From: Moheibacter sediminis
GTDB lineage: Bacteria; Bacteroidota; Bacteroidia; Flavobacteriales; Weeksellaceae
Length of the DNA stretch: 64,000 nt
Assembly: GCF_900176425.1 (NCBI RefSeq)
Contig: NZ_FWXS01000009.1
Location: 1 to 64,000 of the forward strand
Direction of reading: 5' to 3'
A program made the position numbers and the translations under genes. Positions 46,804-57,197 of this stretch are shown piece by piece. How positions within the stretch are numbered: position 1 is the stretch's first letter; each line of letters opens with the position of its first letter. A model generated the notes under the pieces. It was not told the origin of the DNA. It saw only the letters and a list, made by a program, of their open reading frames with translations, and ran no database searches.

Positions 46804-47781
46804 TCAATGTACATTAAACAAAATGATGATTAGATAAATGGTCATCACAATCAGAATGCAAAACATATTAATAATAAATAAACAAAAACCTTTTAGCCTA
46901 GAAATCCATTTATTTTCACCGTAAACTTTACTGTGTGCCCTGAAAAAGTAGAAGAATGTGTAAAAACCACAAATAAGTACAAACATCATTGTTGTAAGAT
47001 CAACAAAATCATTATCTCCAAGCAATCCTAAAAGAAATCCGAATATTGCTACAATTGTATTGGAAATTAACAAAAAAGAAAAATAATGAAGCGTAAATAT
47101 CCCGTGATCAAAGTAATACCATCTCTTTTTACCATGAAACAGCCAGAGCCAAAACGCAAAAATTGGTAGGTAAATGAACAATACTTTGGAAAAATTCCGC
47201 GAAATCATATCATATGCTTTCTCCTGAAATTCTTTGTCGGTACCATTCTTTTTTAATTCAACAATCTTTTTTATCATCTTGTATTCCAACCTATTCAGCC
47301 TTTCGCCCTCTGGCTTAACCCTCTGTAATGAATCAAGCTGTGCAACCGATTTGACATCTTTAAAATCTTTCAAACCGTATGTAACACCCGAATTATTGAT
47401 TTCTCTTGCTAATTCAGATTCATTTTCAGATGTTTCAATAAATTCATTAGGGGGCTGATTTTCGAAAAAAGAAATAACTCCCGGAACGAAAACAGCAATA
47501 AAAAGTAGAAATATATATAGCTTAACCGGCGCAACATAACTTGCACGCTTGCCTTTTAAATATTCATTGGTCAATTTTCCCGGCTTGAACAACAACGTTT
47601 TTACCGTTTTCCAAAAGCTGCCGTCATAGTGTACAAAATCTTCCAGAAAATGTCTAAACAGATAATGAAACGAATGTCTCGTTTCCGTATTCTCCTGTCC
47701 GCAATATGAACAAAACCTGTCATGAACTTCGTTTCCGCAGTTCAGACAGGTTTTATCTTCTCTTAATTTATGGTGTCCCAC
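46804..47781 (-). CDS. Membrane protein with an N-terminal zinc-ribbon (DUF3667-like)
   Basis: CLNCGNEV...CSYCGQEN double CxxC, then several TM helices. Confidence 0.5.
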   Translation of the reverse strand: MGHHKLREDKTCLNCGNEVHDRFCSYCGQENTETRHSFHYLFRHFLEDFVHYDGSFWKTVKTLLFKPGKLTNEYLKGKRASYVAPVKLYIFLLFIAVFVPGVISFFENQPPNEFIETSENESELAREINNSGVTYGLKDFKDVKSVAQLDSLQRVKPEGERLNRLEYKMIKKIVELKKNGTDKEFQEKAYDMISRNFSKVLFIYLPIFAFWLWLFHGKKRWYYFDHGIFTLHYFSFLLISNTIVAIFGFLLGLLGDNDFVDLTTMMFVLICGFYTFFYFFRAHSKVYGENKWISRLKGFCLFIINMFCILIVMTIYLIIILFNVH

Positions 47782-47787
47782 CTGAAA

Positions 47788-49890
47788 TTATTTCAAAGTT
47801 TTTACACCCATGTTCCACAAAGTAAATGCGTATTTGTCAGCCGCTTCGTTGATGATCACTTCAGTCGAACGTCCTGCGCCGTGTCCTGCCTTGGTTTCAA
47901 TTCTTATCAAAACAGGGTTGTCACATTTTTGTTTTGCCTGCAATTCAGAAGCGAATTTATAACTGTGCGCCGGAACAACTCTATCATCATGGTCACCCGT
48001 TGTAACCATCGTTGCCGGGTAACAAATGCCTTCTTTTACATTATGAACCGGTGAGTATGCTTTCAAATAATCAAACATTTCTTTATTATCATTCGCCGTT
48101 CCGTAATCATACGCCCAACCTGCACCAGCAGTGAAAGTGTGGTAACGTAACATGTCCAAAACACCTACCGCAGGCAAAGCAACTTTTACCAGATCCGGAC
48201 GCATTGTCATTGTCGCTCCCACCAAAAGTCCTCCGTTAGAACCTCCTGAAAGAGCTAAATAATCAGTTGATGTGTATTTTTCTTTTTTCAAAAATTCTGC
48301 TGCTGCAATGAAATCGTTGAATACATTTAATTTGTTCAATTGTCTTCCACCATCGTGCCATTTTTTTCCATATTCACCGCCACCGCGTAAGTTGGCAACA
48401 GCGTAAATTCCTCCATTTTCCATCCAAATAGCATTGGCAACGCTGAATGAAGGTGTCAAGCTGATGTTGAACCCACCGTACCCATAGAGTATTGTAGGGT
48501 TTTTCCCATCCAATTTGATTCCTTTTTTGTACGAAATCATCATCGGAACTTTCGTTCCGTCCGCAGAAGTATAAAATACTTGTTTGGATTCGTAATTTTC
48601 CGGTATGAATTTAATTGCAGGTTTTTTGTATAAGTTTGATTTTCCGCTTTCTACATCGAAATCATAAGTAGTTCCCGGCATCACATAATTACTGAAAGAA
48701 TAATAAATTTTCTTTTCTTCTTTTTTTCCTGAGAATCCGCCTGCACTTCCATTTCCTGGCAATTTGATATCTCTTACCTTTTTTCCGTCATGTTTGTATT
48801 GCTGTACAACATCTAATGCATCGATCATATAATGTGCAAAAATGTAACCGCCGGCAGTTGAAATGTTCAACACATCTTCTGTTTCAGGAATCACATCCAC
48901 CCAATTTTCAGGCTTCGGATTTTTCACATTTACTTTAACCAAACGGTTATTCGGCGCATTGAAATTTGTCAACAAATAAAGCTCATCTCCAACATTATCT
49001 ACTAGACTTGTAGAAGTATCAAAATTATCTAAAATAGTAATTATCGGCGCACCTTTTTTGGTCAAATCTTGGATGTACAATTCATTTCCACTTGTCGAGA
49101 CCGCTGTTGAAATCACTAAAAATTTCTGGTCTTCCGTCACGCCGCCACTGATATATCTTCTTTGTAATTTTTCACCACCAAAAACCAATTCATCATTTTT
49201 CTGAGAAGATTTTAATTTGTGGTAAAAGAATTTATGCTGATCCGTCATCGTTGAAAGTTCGCTTCCTTCGGGTTTGTCGTAACTTGAATAATAAAATCCT
49301 TCATTCCCTTTCCATGAAACACCACTGAATTTTACATTCACCAAAGTATCTTCAATAATTTTATTTTGAATTGCATCTAAAACGATAATTTTCGTCCAGT
49401 CAGAACCACCTTCAGAAATCTGGTAAGCGCAAAGTGAACCGTCTTTAGAAAAGCTCATTCCGGCCAATGAAGTAGAACCGTCTTTTGAGAATTTATTTGG
49501 ATCCAAGAAAACTTCTTCTTTCCCGCCTTCCGCTTGTCTGTAAATCACATAATGCTGCTGAAGTCCGTTATTTTTGTAGAAATAAGTAAATTTTCCTTCT
49601 TTAAATGGGGCAGAAATTTTCTCATAATTCCAGATTTCTGTCAGTTGTTTTTTCAATTGATCACGAAGTGGAATTTGATCCAAATAACCAAAAGTCACTT
49701 TATTTTCGGCATCCACCCAAGACTTGGTTTCCGCAGACAAATCGTCTTCGAGCCAGCGGTATGGATCTTCGATTTTCGCACCGAAGTATTCGTCGGTGTG
49801 TTTGATTTTTTTGGTTTCGGGATATTTTAATTGAGCATTGAGGTTCATAGCAATCGCTGCGGTTAATAAAGTGAAAAGATGTTTTTTCAT
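47788..49890 (-). CDS. S9A prolyl oligopeptidase (prolyl endopeptidase)
   Basis: Signal peptide; catalytic GGSNGGLLVG (Ser); DHDDRVVPAHS (Asp/His region). 700 aa beta-propeller plus hydrolase. Confidence 0.85.
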   Translation of the reverse strand: MKKHLFTLLTAAIAMNLNAQLKYPETKKIKHTDEYFGAKIEDPYRWLEDDLSAETKSWVDAENKVTFGYLDQIPLRDQLKKQLTEIWNYEKISAPFKEGKFTYFYKNNGLQQHYVIYRQAEGGKEEVFLDPNKFSKDGSTSLAGMSFSKDGSLCAYQISEGGSDWTKIIVLDAIQNKIIEDTLVNVKFSGVSWKGNEGFYYSSYDKPEGSELSTMTDQHKFFYHKLKSSQKNDELVFGGEKLQRRYISGGVTEDQKFLVISTAVSTSGNELYIQDLTKKGAPIITILDNFDTSTSLVDNVGDELYLLTNFNAPNNRLVKVNVKNPKPENWVDVIPETEDVLNISTAGGYIFAHYMIDALDVVQQYKHDGKKVRDIKLPGNGSAGGFSGKKEEKKIYYSFSNYVMPGTTYDFDVESGKSNLYKKPAIKFIPENYESKQVFYTSADGTKVPMMISYKKGIKLDGKNPTILYGYGGFNISLTPSFSVANAIWMENGGIYAVANLRGGGEYGKKWHDGGRQLNKLNVFNDFIAAAEFLKKEKYTSTDYLALSGGSNGGLLVGATMTMRPDLVKVALPAVGVLDMLRYHTFTAGAGWAYDYGTANDNKEMFDYLKAYSPVHNVKEGICYPATMVTTGDHDDRVVPAHSYKFASELQAKQKCDNPVLIRIETKAGHGAGRSTEVIINEAADKYAFTLWNMGVKTLK

Positions 49891-49908
49891 ATTTTGTGTG
49901 TATTTATT

Positions 49909-51231
49909 TTATTGTTGAAATGAATAATAGCGTGCGCCGAGTAAATTCGGATTTTCATTTTCTATTTTTTCCAATTTGAAACCATGAATCTTTCCTGCCG
50001 AATGCTTCAGTTTTTTTCGATGCAAATTTTCATAAGTTTCATAATCGATTGATTCTCTTTTTTCTAATTCTGCTTTCAAATTTAATTTTTCTATGACAGA
50101 TTTCCAACCGCTTTCGATTGTACCTTCAAAAACTTTTGATTTGGAACCGCTTCCATAAGATAAAAATCCGACTTTTTTTCCTTCCAGATTTTCATCAGAT
50201 AAAGTCAAAGCAGAAAGCAAAGCAGTGAAAATAGAAGCCGTGTACATGTTTCCGATTTCAGCAGAAGCCCATTGTGTCGGATTGATTTTTTCATGGATTA
50301 AATTTGCGTAATCATCTGATTTTGAAATAATTTTTTGATTTTCATTTGAATTGTCTAATTCATTTTCCAAAGCAAAAATATCTGTAAACATCCGTTTTCC
50401 TTGAAAGGCGTAAGGCAAATGAAACGCTAAATATTTCCAATTTTCGTATAATTTATCTGAATTTAATTGCTTTTTCAAGTCAAAATAAGCGTCGCGCAAA
50501 CGGTCTTTGTAACATTCGTTTGAATATTGCCCATCGAAAATCGGTTCATCTGTAAAAATTTCAATCTGATCTGAACCTGAATTCACAGCGGAAACCACCG
50601 GTTCGTCTTCGCGGTATCTTCTTGGTTTGAAAAAATCGAAAACACTTTCAGTAGAAATTCCCCAATTATTTTCGAAAGAAATCAATTCCGGATTAGACGA
50701 AATCAACATCGCAACTGCACCTGCCCCTTGCGTATATTCGCCTGAAGAATCCAATGCATATTTTGCATAATCAGCAGAAATTACAATTGCTTTTTTGTTG
50801 GGATTTACCCTTACAAAATCCAAACAATTGTGCAAAGCATCCACACCGCCTACACATGCAAAAGTCATGTCCAAAACATCAATATGTCGGAATGAATTTT
50901 CTCCAAAATTTGTTTTTAAAACTTCCTGAACCAATTGTACAGCATAAGTTGCTGTCGGTTTGGCCGCATCCAAAGCACTTTCTGTACCGAGATAAATTCT
51001 CGAAATGTCTTTGGGATTTAAATTAAAATATTTGAATAATTTAAACAAAACATTAGCGGATAATGTGGCTGTATCTTCGTGTGCATCGAGCACTGCCATT
51101 TTTTTCAATCCTAAACCAAATTCAAGTTTTTCGGGTTCTATATTTCGTTTGATTGCGAGGTCTTTAACAGATAAGTAAATTTTAGGGAGATAAATTGCCG
51201 CAGCTTCGATTCCAACTTTCATTATTTTCAA
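49909..51231 (-). CDS. mvaS: Hydroxymethylglutaryl-CoA synthase (mevalonate pathway)
   Basis: VGIEAAAIYLPKIYLSVKDLA...; GEYTQGAGAVAMLISSNPELI and GFLSYGSGSKSKVFEG align with MvaS conserved blocks. Confidence 0.8.
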   Translation of the reverse strand: MKIMKVGIEAAAIYLPKIYLSVKDLAIKRNIEPEKLEFGLGLKKMAVLDAHEDTATLSANVLFKLFKYFNLNPKDISRIYLGTESALDAAKPTATYAVQLVQEVLKTNFGENSFRHIDVLDMTFACVGGVDALHNCLDFVRVNPNKKAIVISADYAKYALDSSGEYTQGAGAVAMLISSNPELISFENNWGISTESVFDFFKPRRYREDEPVVSAVNSGSDQIEIFTDEPIFDGQYSNECYKDRLRDAYFDLKKQLNSDKLYENWKYLAFHLPYAFQGKRMFTDIFALENELDNSNENQKIISKSDDYANLIHEKINPTQWASAEIGNMYTASIFTALLSALTLSDENLEGKKVGFLSYGSGSKSKVFEGTIESGWKSVIEKLNLKAELEKRESIDYETYENLHRKKLKHSAGKIHGFKLEKIENENPNLLGARYYSFQQ

Positions 51232-51260
51232 CTTTCAATAAAATTCAAATTTATAAATTA

Positions 51261-52403
51261 ATGCCTTACTTTTGGGTTATGAATTGGGATAAAATTGCCG
51301 GGCAGCACGAAATTAAACAAAAATTAAAAGAATCGGTTGCGGAAGGACGTATCAGTCATGCACAGCTTTTCGTAGGAAAAGAAGGTTCGGGCGCGTTGGC
51401 GATGGCAATTGCTTATGCAGGAGAAATTTTATCACAGGAAAAAGGAGAAACAGCGCTTACAAAAGTAAATTCTCTGCAACACCCCGATTTGCATTTTGCT
51501 TATCCGGTAGCTTCGACCGATTCCGTAAAAGACAAACCGACAAGTGCCCAGTTTGTAAGAGAATGGAGAGAATTCTTTTTGGAAAATCCTTACGGGAATA
51601 TATTTGACTGGCTTCAGTTTTTGGGGATTGAAAAGAAACAAGGAAACATCAACGTACATGAAGCGCAGGAAATCGTAAAAACGCTTTCACTCAACAGTTA
51701 CGAGGGTGGATACAAAATTATGATCATCTGGCTGCCGGAATTGATGAACAATGCTGCTGCCAATAAACTCCTGAAAATCATCGAAGAACCACCGCAGAAA
51801 ACTTTGTTTTTGTTGGTTTCGGAGCGTGAAGATTTATTGTTGCCGACAATTACTTCGCGTTGTCAGTTGGTTAAATTGGATCGTTTGTCAGATCATGAAA
51901 TTGCAGAATATTTAAAACAAAATAAAGATTTGTCAGAAATTGAAGCTTTGCGTTTGGCGATTTCTGCGAATGGGAGTCTGCATGAAGCTTTGTCGAATTT
52001 AGGAGCCGGAAATTCAGAGTTTGAAGCTTATTTTGTGCAGTGGGTGCGAAATGCTTTCATGGCGGCGAAGAATCCAAATGTTTTGAAAAATCTGGTAGAA
52101 TGGGCAAATGAACTCAGCGGTTGGTCGCGCGAGCAGCAGAAACAGTTTCTGAGTTATTGTTCCGAGGTTTTCCGTCAGGCATTACTTCAGAATTATCAGG
52201 CTGAGAATTTGGTTTTTATGCGATTGGAAAATGACGGATTTAATTGGGGAAAGTTTTCGCCATACATTCATGGTGCCAATATCGAAGATATTCTGAACGA
52301 AATCAATGAGTCTTCTTACCACATAGAGAGAAATGCAAATGCCAAAATCGTTTTGCTGGATTTGTCAATCAAATTGACGAGGTATTTGCATAAGAAAGGT
52401 TAA
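51261..52403 (+). CDS. holB: DNA polymerase III delta-prime subunit
   Basis: NWDKIAGQHEIKQKLKESVAEGRISHAQLFVGKEGSGA (Walker-A-like); clamp-loader AAA+ pattern. Start chosen at an internal Met to avoid overlap with mvaS. Confidence 0.75.
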   Translation: MPYFWVMNWDKIAGQHEIKQKLKESVAEGRISHAQLFVGKEGSGALAMAIAYAGEILSQEKGETALTKVNSLQHPDLHFAYPVASTDSVKDKPTSAQFVREWREFFLENPYGNIFDWLQFLGIEKKQGNINVHEAQEIVKTLSLNSYEGGYKIMIIWLPELMNNAAANKLLKIIEEPPQKTLFLLVSEREDLLLPTITSRCQLVKLDRLSDHEIAEYLKQNKDLSEIEALRLAISANGSLHEALSNLGAGNSEFEAYFVQWVRNAFMAAKNPNVLKNLVEWANELSGWSREQQKQFLSYCSEVFRQALLQNYQAENLVFMRLENDGFNWGKFSPYIHGANIEDILNEINESSYHIERNANAKIVLLDLSIKLTRYLHKKG

Positions 52404-52427
52404 ATCAATTTGAAAATTCAAATTATT

Positions 52428-52570
52428 TCGGAATTGCACCCGGGATGAAGGCATTTCCTTCGGTAGTTCGCTTCACTCGTGTGTCTGAGTTCTTTTTGTG
52501 AATTCGCCACAGCGAAGTTTACAAAAAAGAGAGTGCCGCCAGCCCGAAAAAACGCCCAAACCTAATGAAG
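52428..52570. repeat. GC-rich intergenic repeat element (family copy E3)
   Basis: cccgggatgaaggcatttcc...gagagtgccgccagcccgaaaaaacgcccaaacc; homologous to 54700-54821 (reverse complement) and 46612-46740. Confidence 0.6.
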
Positions 52571-52625
52571 CGGTTCGACGAAGTCAAATAAAATGTCAAA
52601 TATCTATAAATAAAAAAACCGCCCT

Positions 52626-52652
52626 TTTACAAGGACGGTTTCTATCATTTAA
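52626..52652 (-). terminator. Rho-independent terminator of rpsA
   Basis: Minus-strand hairpin ACCGTCCTTGTAAAAGGGCGGT followed by TTTTTTTATTT. Confidence 0.6.
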
Positions 52653-52664
52653 GGAAATTTGGGA

Positions 52665-54476
52665 TTAGTTTCCTTCTCCTTCCATTCTCTTTTTCAATTC
52701 TGCTAATCCGTCAAGGTCACCCAAAGTCGAAGTTTCGATGTTTTGGTTTTCCATTGCTTTTTTCGCTTGTTTTTCTTCCTCTTCACGGAAAGTTGCCGTG
52801 TGAGAAACTACTACGCGACGGAATTCTTTGTTGAACTCAATCACTACGAATTCTAATTCGTCACCTTTCTTCACACGTGAACCGTCTTCTTTCTCCAAAG
52901 TTCTTGCAGGAGCGAAAGCTTCTACGTCAGCATCTTCGAATTGGATAGTTGCACCTTTGTCAAATGCGTCAACAGCTTTACCTGTGTGGCGTGAACCTAC
53001 AGCGTACTTGCTTTCGTATTTGTCCCAAGGGTTTTCTGTCAATTGTTTGTGGCCTAAGCTCAAACGACGTGCTTCTACGTCTAATTCAAGAACTACTACG
53101 TCTAACACGTCATCCACATTTGTGAATTCAGATGGGTGTTTGATTTTTTTAGTCCAAGAAAGATCAGAAATGTAGATCAATCCATCAACACCTTCTTCTA
53201 ATTCTACAAACACACCGAAGTTAGTAAAGTTTCTTACTTTTCCTTTGTGCTCAGAACCGATTGGGTATTTAGTTGTGATGTCAGTCCAAGGATCAGCAGC
53301 CAATTGCTTGATACCTAAAGACATTTTGCGTTCGTCTCTGTCCAAAGTCAAGATTTGAGCTTCAACCTCATCACCAACTTTTACGAAATCTTGTGCAGAA
53401 CGCAAGTGCGTTGACCAAGACATCTCAGAAACGTGTACCAAACCTTCAACTCCCGGAGCCACTTCGATGAATGCGCCGTAATCAGCCAATACAACAACTT
53501 TTCCTTTTACTGTATCACCAACTTGTAAGTTTTGGTCTAAAGCTTCCCAAGGGTGTTTTTCTAATTGTTTGATACCCAATTGAATTCTTGTTTTGTCTTC
53601 GTCAAAATCAAGGATAACAACGTTGATTTTCTGACCATCTTCCAAGATTTCTGATGGATGGTTGATTCTTGACCAAGAAAGGTCTGTAATGTGGATCAAA
53701 CCATCAACACCTCCTAAGTCAACAAACACACCGTAAGAAGTAATGTTTTTCACTTCTCCTTCCAATACTTGTCCTTTCTCTAATTGAGCAACGATTTCTT
53801 TTTTCTGTTCTTCGATATCTGCTTCGATCAAAGCTTTGTGTGATACAACAACGTTTTTGAATTCAGGGTTGATTTTAACCACTTTGAATTCCATTGTTTT
53901 ACCAACATATTGTTCGTAATCACGGATTGGTTTCACGTCGATTTGTGAACCTGGCAAGAACGCTTCGATTCCGAATACGTCCACAATCATACCACCTTTC
54001 GTACGAGCTTTGATGTAACCGTTTACAATTTCTTGTGTATCGTGAGCTTTGTTCACAGCATCCCAAGCGTTCAATGAACGTGCTTTTCTGTGTGACAATA
54101 CCAACTGACCGTTTTTGTCTTCACGTGTGTCAACCATTACTTCAACCTCATCGCCTACAGCTAAATTTGGGTTGTAACGGAATTCGTTCAATGAAATAAC
54201 ACCCTCAGATTTGAAGTTGATGTCAACAATCGCCTCTTTGTCTGTCAAACGGATAACTTTTCCTTTGAATACAGCGTTTTCGTCAAGGCTGTCCAAAGTT
54301 TCGTCATACATTTTTTCCAACTGCGCTTTTTCTTTGCGATCCTCAGCATTCAGTCCGCTTTCAAATGATTCCCAGTCGAATTCTTCTAATGAAATGTTTG
54401 AATTTGATTCGTCAGAATTTGTACTTAAGTCCAATACTTGTTCTTCTAACTCTTCGTGATTTGTCTCTTTTGACAT
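52665..54476 (-). CDS. rpsA: 30S ribosomal protein S1
   Basis: Six S1-domain repeats (GxV.GxVxxI..FGAFV pattern); 603 aa. Confidence 0.9.
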   Translation of the reverse strand: MSKETNHEELEEQVLDLSTNSDESNSNISLEEFDWESFESGLNAEDRKEKAQLEKMYDETLDSLDENAVFKGKVIRLTDKEAIVDINFKSEGVISLNEFRYNPNLAVGDEVEVMVDTREDKNGQLVLSHRKARSLNAWDAVNKAHDTQEIVNGYIKARTKGGMIVDVFGIEAFLPGSQIDVKPIRDYEQYVGKTMEFKVVKINPEFKNVVVSHKALIEADIEEQKKEIVAQLEKGQVLEGEVKNITSYGVFVDLGGVDGLIHITDLSWSRINHPSEILEDGQKINVVILDFDEDKTRIQLGIKQLEKHPWEALDQNLQVGDTVKGKVVVLADYGAFIEVAPGVEGLVHVSEMSWSTHLRSAQDFVKVGDEVEAQILTLDRDERKMSLGIKQLAADPWTDITTKYPIGSEHKGKVRNFTNFGVFVELEEGVDGLIYISDLSWTKKIKHPSEFTNVDDVLDVVVLELDVEARRLSLGHKQLTENPWDKYESKYAVGSRHTGKAVDAFDKGATIQFEDADVEAFAPARTLEKEDGSRVKKGDELEFVVIEFNKEFRRVVVSHTATFREEEEKQAKKAMENQNIETSTLGDLDGLAELKKRMEGEGN

Positions 54477-54699
54477 AATTTAAAATTTGTATCTCAAAAA
54501 TAATCATCGAAAGCAGCGCGGAAATGGTTTTTGAGAGTGGTTAAACTTGTGAAATTCAATACTTTGTTTCTAAATCCGCCAAAGTGGGTGCAAATTTATA
54601 AATTTTTCTTGAATTAATTATATAAATGATTGGAAATCTGAATAGTTAAAATTTTTCAAAAATGTTTTGGGCAGCTTCCGATGGCAGAAAATTCAACTA

Positions 54700-54821
54700 A
54701 CATAGAAAATCCCGGAAGCCATCGGAACCGGGCTGTCGGCACTCGCTCTCCGTCCGCCATGGCAGACGGAGGAGCTCAAACAGATGCCTTCATCCCTTCC
54801 GCAAATCCGTTATAATTTTCA
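54700..54821. repeat. GC-rich intergenic repeat element (family copy E4, opposite orientation)
   Basis: Its reverse complement reads ataacggatttgcggaagggatgaaggcatc...ccatgg...gagtgccgacagcccgg. Confidence 0.6.
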
Positions 54822-54851
54822 AAACAATGGAAATAAAATTATTTTTACAAA

Positions 54852-55367
54852 ATGAATCAAGAAAATCTCAATTTCCGCAAAGGCTCGGAAAAAGACATCC
54901 CCGAAATCTGGAAAATCCTTCAACAATCCATCGAACGAAGGAAAAATGACGGCAGCAAGCAATGGCAGGACGGTTATCCCAATATTTCAACCGTTGAAAG
55001 TGACATCGAAAAAGGCTACAATTATATATTGACTTTAGATGATAAAATTATCGCCACCGCAGCTTTGATTTTCAATGACGAACCAACTTATGATGTGATT
55101 GACGGTGCTTGGATGACCCATGAAGATTTTTTGGTTGTTCATCGTGTCGGTGTTTCAAATGAAGTTGCCGGAAAAGGTTTTGCCACAAAATTCTTTCAGA
55201 TTTTTGAAGATTTCGCCAAAAAAAATGAAGTGTTCAGCATCAAAGTCGATACAAACTTTGACAACCTTGCCATGCTGAAAATCTTAGAAAAATTAGGTTA
55301 TTCCTATTGCGGTGAAATCCAAGTCAGAGATGGTGCACGGAAAGCGTTTGAGAAGATTTTAAGGTAA
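54852..55367 (+). CDS. GNAT-family N-acetyltransferase
   Basis: HRVGVSNEVAGKGFATKFF is an acetyl-CoA-binding motif A-like region; 171 aa. Confidence 0.6.
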   Translation: MNQENLNFRKGSEKDIPEIWKILQQSIERRKNDGSKQWQDGYPNISTVESDIEKGYNYILTLDDKIIATAALIFNDEPTYDVIDGAWMTHEDFLVVHRVGVSNEVAGKGFATKFFQIFEDFAKKNEVFSIKVDTNFDNLAMLKILEKLGYSYCGEIQVRDGARKAFEKILR

Positions 55368-55460
55368 GAAACAATTAATAAAATTGAGACAAAGTTCTAA
55401 ACTTTGTTAAAGTTGACTAAAAAATACCTAATTTCATTCTACGAAATCTTATTTACACAC

Positions 55461-57155
55461 ATGAAAAACAATCTATTCCGTAAAAAATCTATTGAACAAT
55501 TGCTCAATGAAGAAAAAGGAAGAAGCAATGGTTTGCGGAAAATATTGTCGGTCAGGGATTTAACTTTCATGGGAATAGCCGCAGTTGTCGGTGCAGGAAT
55601 ATTTTCAACCATCGGTTCAGCAGCATACAATGGCGGGCCCGGCATTTCATTTTTGTTCATCATTACAGCTGTAACTTGCGGATTTTCGGCCTTGTGTTAT
55701 GCGGAATTTGCCAGTAGAATTCCAGTTTCAGGAAGTGCTTATACTTATTCGTATGTAGCTTTCGGAGAAATCATCGCATGGATAATCGGTTGGGCTTTGA
55801 TTTTAGAATATGCAATTGGAAATATCGTTGTCGCTATTTCCTGGAGCGGATACTTCAATAATTTATTGGTTCATGTTTTCAACATTCATCTTCCGAGCTG
55901 GATGCTCATTGATCCGCTGACGGCCAAAAACGCTTTTATTGAATCCACTTCCGCGCTCGCTTCCGGAGCGGAATTGACTGCCAAACAAATCAAAAATTAC
56001 GAATTTGCGATTCAGGCTTACAATACCGCACCAATGATTGGTGACGTAAAAATATTTTTCAACCTTCCTGCATTTATAATCGTGGCTTTGATCACATGGC
56101 TGGCATATATCGGCATCAAGGAAAGTAAGAAATCAGCAAATTTCATGGTGATTTTCAAAGTGGCGGTTATCATTTTTGTGATAGTTGCCGGTGCATTTTT
56201 TGTAGACGTAAACAATTGGACACCGTTTTTACCGAATGGATTTGAAGGTGTTTTGAAAGGTGTTTCCTCCGTCTTTTATGCTTATATCGGTTTTGATGCA
56301 ATTTCTACGATGTCGGAGGAATGTAAAAATCCACAGCGCGACATGCCGCGAGGAATGATTTATTCGCTCCTGATTTGCACCGGATTGTACATTTTGATTG
56401 CATTGACCTTGACGGGAATTGAACATTATTCCAATTTCTTAAACGTCAATGATCCGCTTGCATTTGTGTTTGAAGACCGAGCACCTTGGATTGAGAAAAT
56501 TGTCTCCATAAGTGCCGTCGTAGCGACGGCTTCCGTTTTATTGGTTTTCCAAATCGGACAACCGAGGATCTGGATGTCGATGAGCCGTGACGGACTTTTG
56601 CCGAAACAGTTTCAGAAAATTCATCCGAAATACCAAACGCCTTCTTTCGCCACAATTGTAACCGGAGTTATTGTCGGAATTGGCGCATTATTCATTGAAA
56701 GTGATCTGGTTACCGACTTGACGAGCATCGGAACTTTGTTTGCATTTATTTTGGTTTCAGGTGGTGTTTTGTTCTTGCCACCGAAAATCAAAGAACCTGG
56801 AAAATTTAAATTGCCTTACATCAACGGGAAATTTATTGTCCCAATTTTATTGGCCGGATTTATTTATTTGTTTAGAACGAGAATTGAACTTGCCATTACA
56901 GAATTCAGTTTTTCCAACCACCAGGAAATTTTGTTTTTGGTCTTTTTAATTTTGGCGATTGTAATTACAGTTTTGACGATCATTCGAAATTATTCATTGA
57001 TTCCAATTATGGGTGTTTTGACTTGCTCTTACCTGATGATTGAAATCCCGATTGTAAGCTGGCAATGGTTTTTGATTTGGATGGCTTTGGGATTGCTTAT
57101 TTATTTCCTTTATGGTTATCGAAACAGTAAATTAAATTTAGAAAATAGGATATAG
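55461..57155 (+). CDS. APC-superfamily amino-acid permease (cationic amino acid transporter-like)
   Basis: 12 or more TM helices. The N-terminal SVRDLTFMGIAAVVGAGIFS is an APC signature. Start chosen at an internal Met. Confidence 0.75.
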   Translation: MKNNLFRKKSIEQLLNEEKGRSNGLRKILSVRDLTFMGIAAVVGAGIFSTIGSAAYNGGPGISFLFIITAVTCGFSALCYAEFASRIPVSGSAYTYSYVAFGEIIAWIIGWALILEYAIGNIVVAISWSGYFNNLLVHVFNIHLPSWMLIDPLTAKNAFIESTSALASGAELTAKQIKNYEFAIQAYNTAPMIGDVKIFFNLPAFIIVALITWLAYIGIKESKKSANFMVIFKVAVIIFVIVAGAFFVDVNNWTPFLPNGFEGVLKGVSSVFYAYIGFDAISTMSEECKNPQRDMPRGMIYSLLICTGLYILIALTLTGIEHYSNFLNVNDPLAFVFEDRAPWIEKIVSISAVVATASVLLVFQIGQPRIWMSMSRDGLLPKQFQKIHPKYQTPSFATIVTGVIVGIGALFIESDLVTDLTSIGTLFAFILVSGGVLFLPPKIKEPGKFKLPYINGKFIVPILLAGFIYLFRTRIELAITEFSFSNHQEILFLVFLILAIVITVLTIIRNYSLIPIMGVLTCSYLMIEIPIVSWQWFLIWMALGLLIYFLYGYRNSKLNLENRI

Positions 57156-57197
57156 CATAATATACATTAACAACAATTTTAGAATACTAAAAATACC

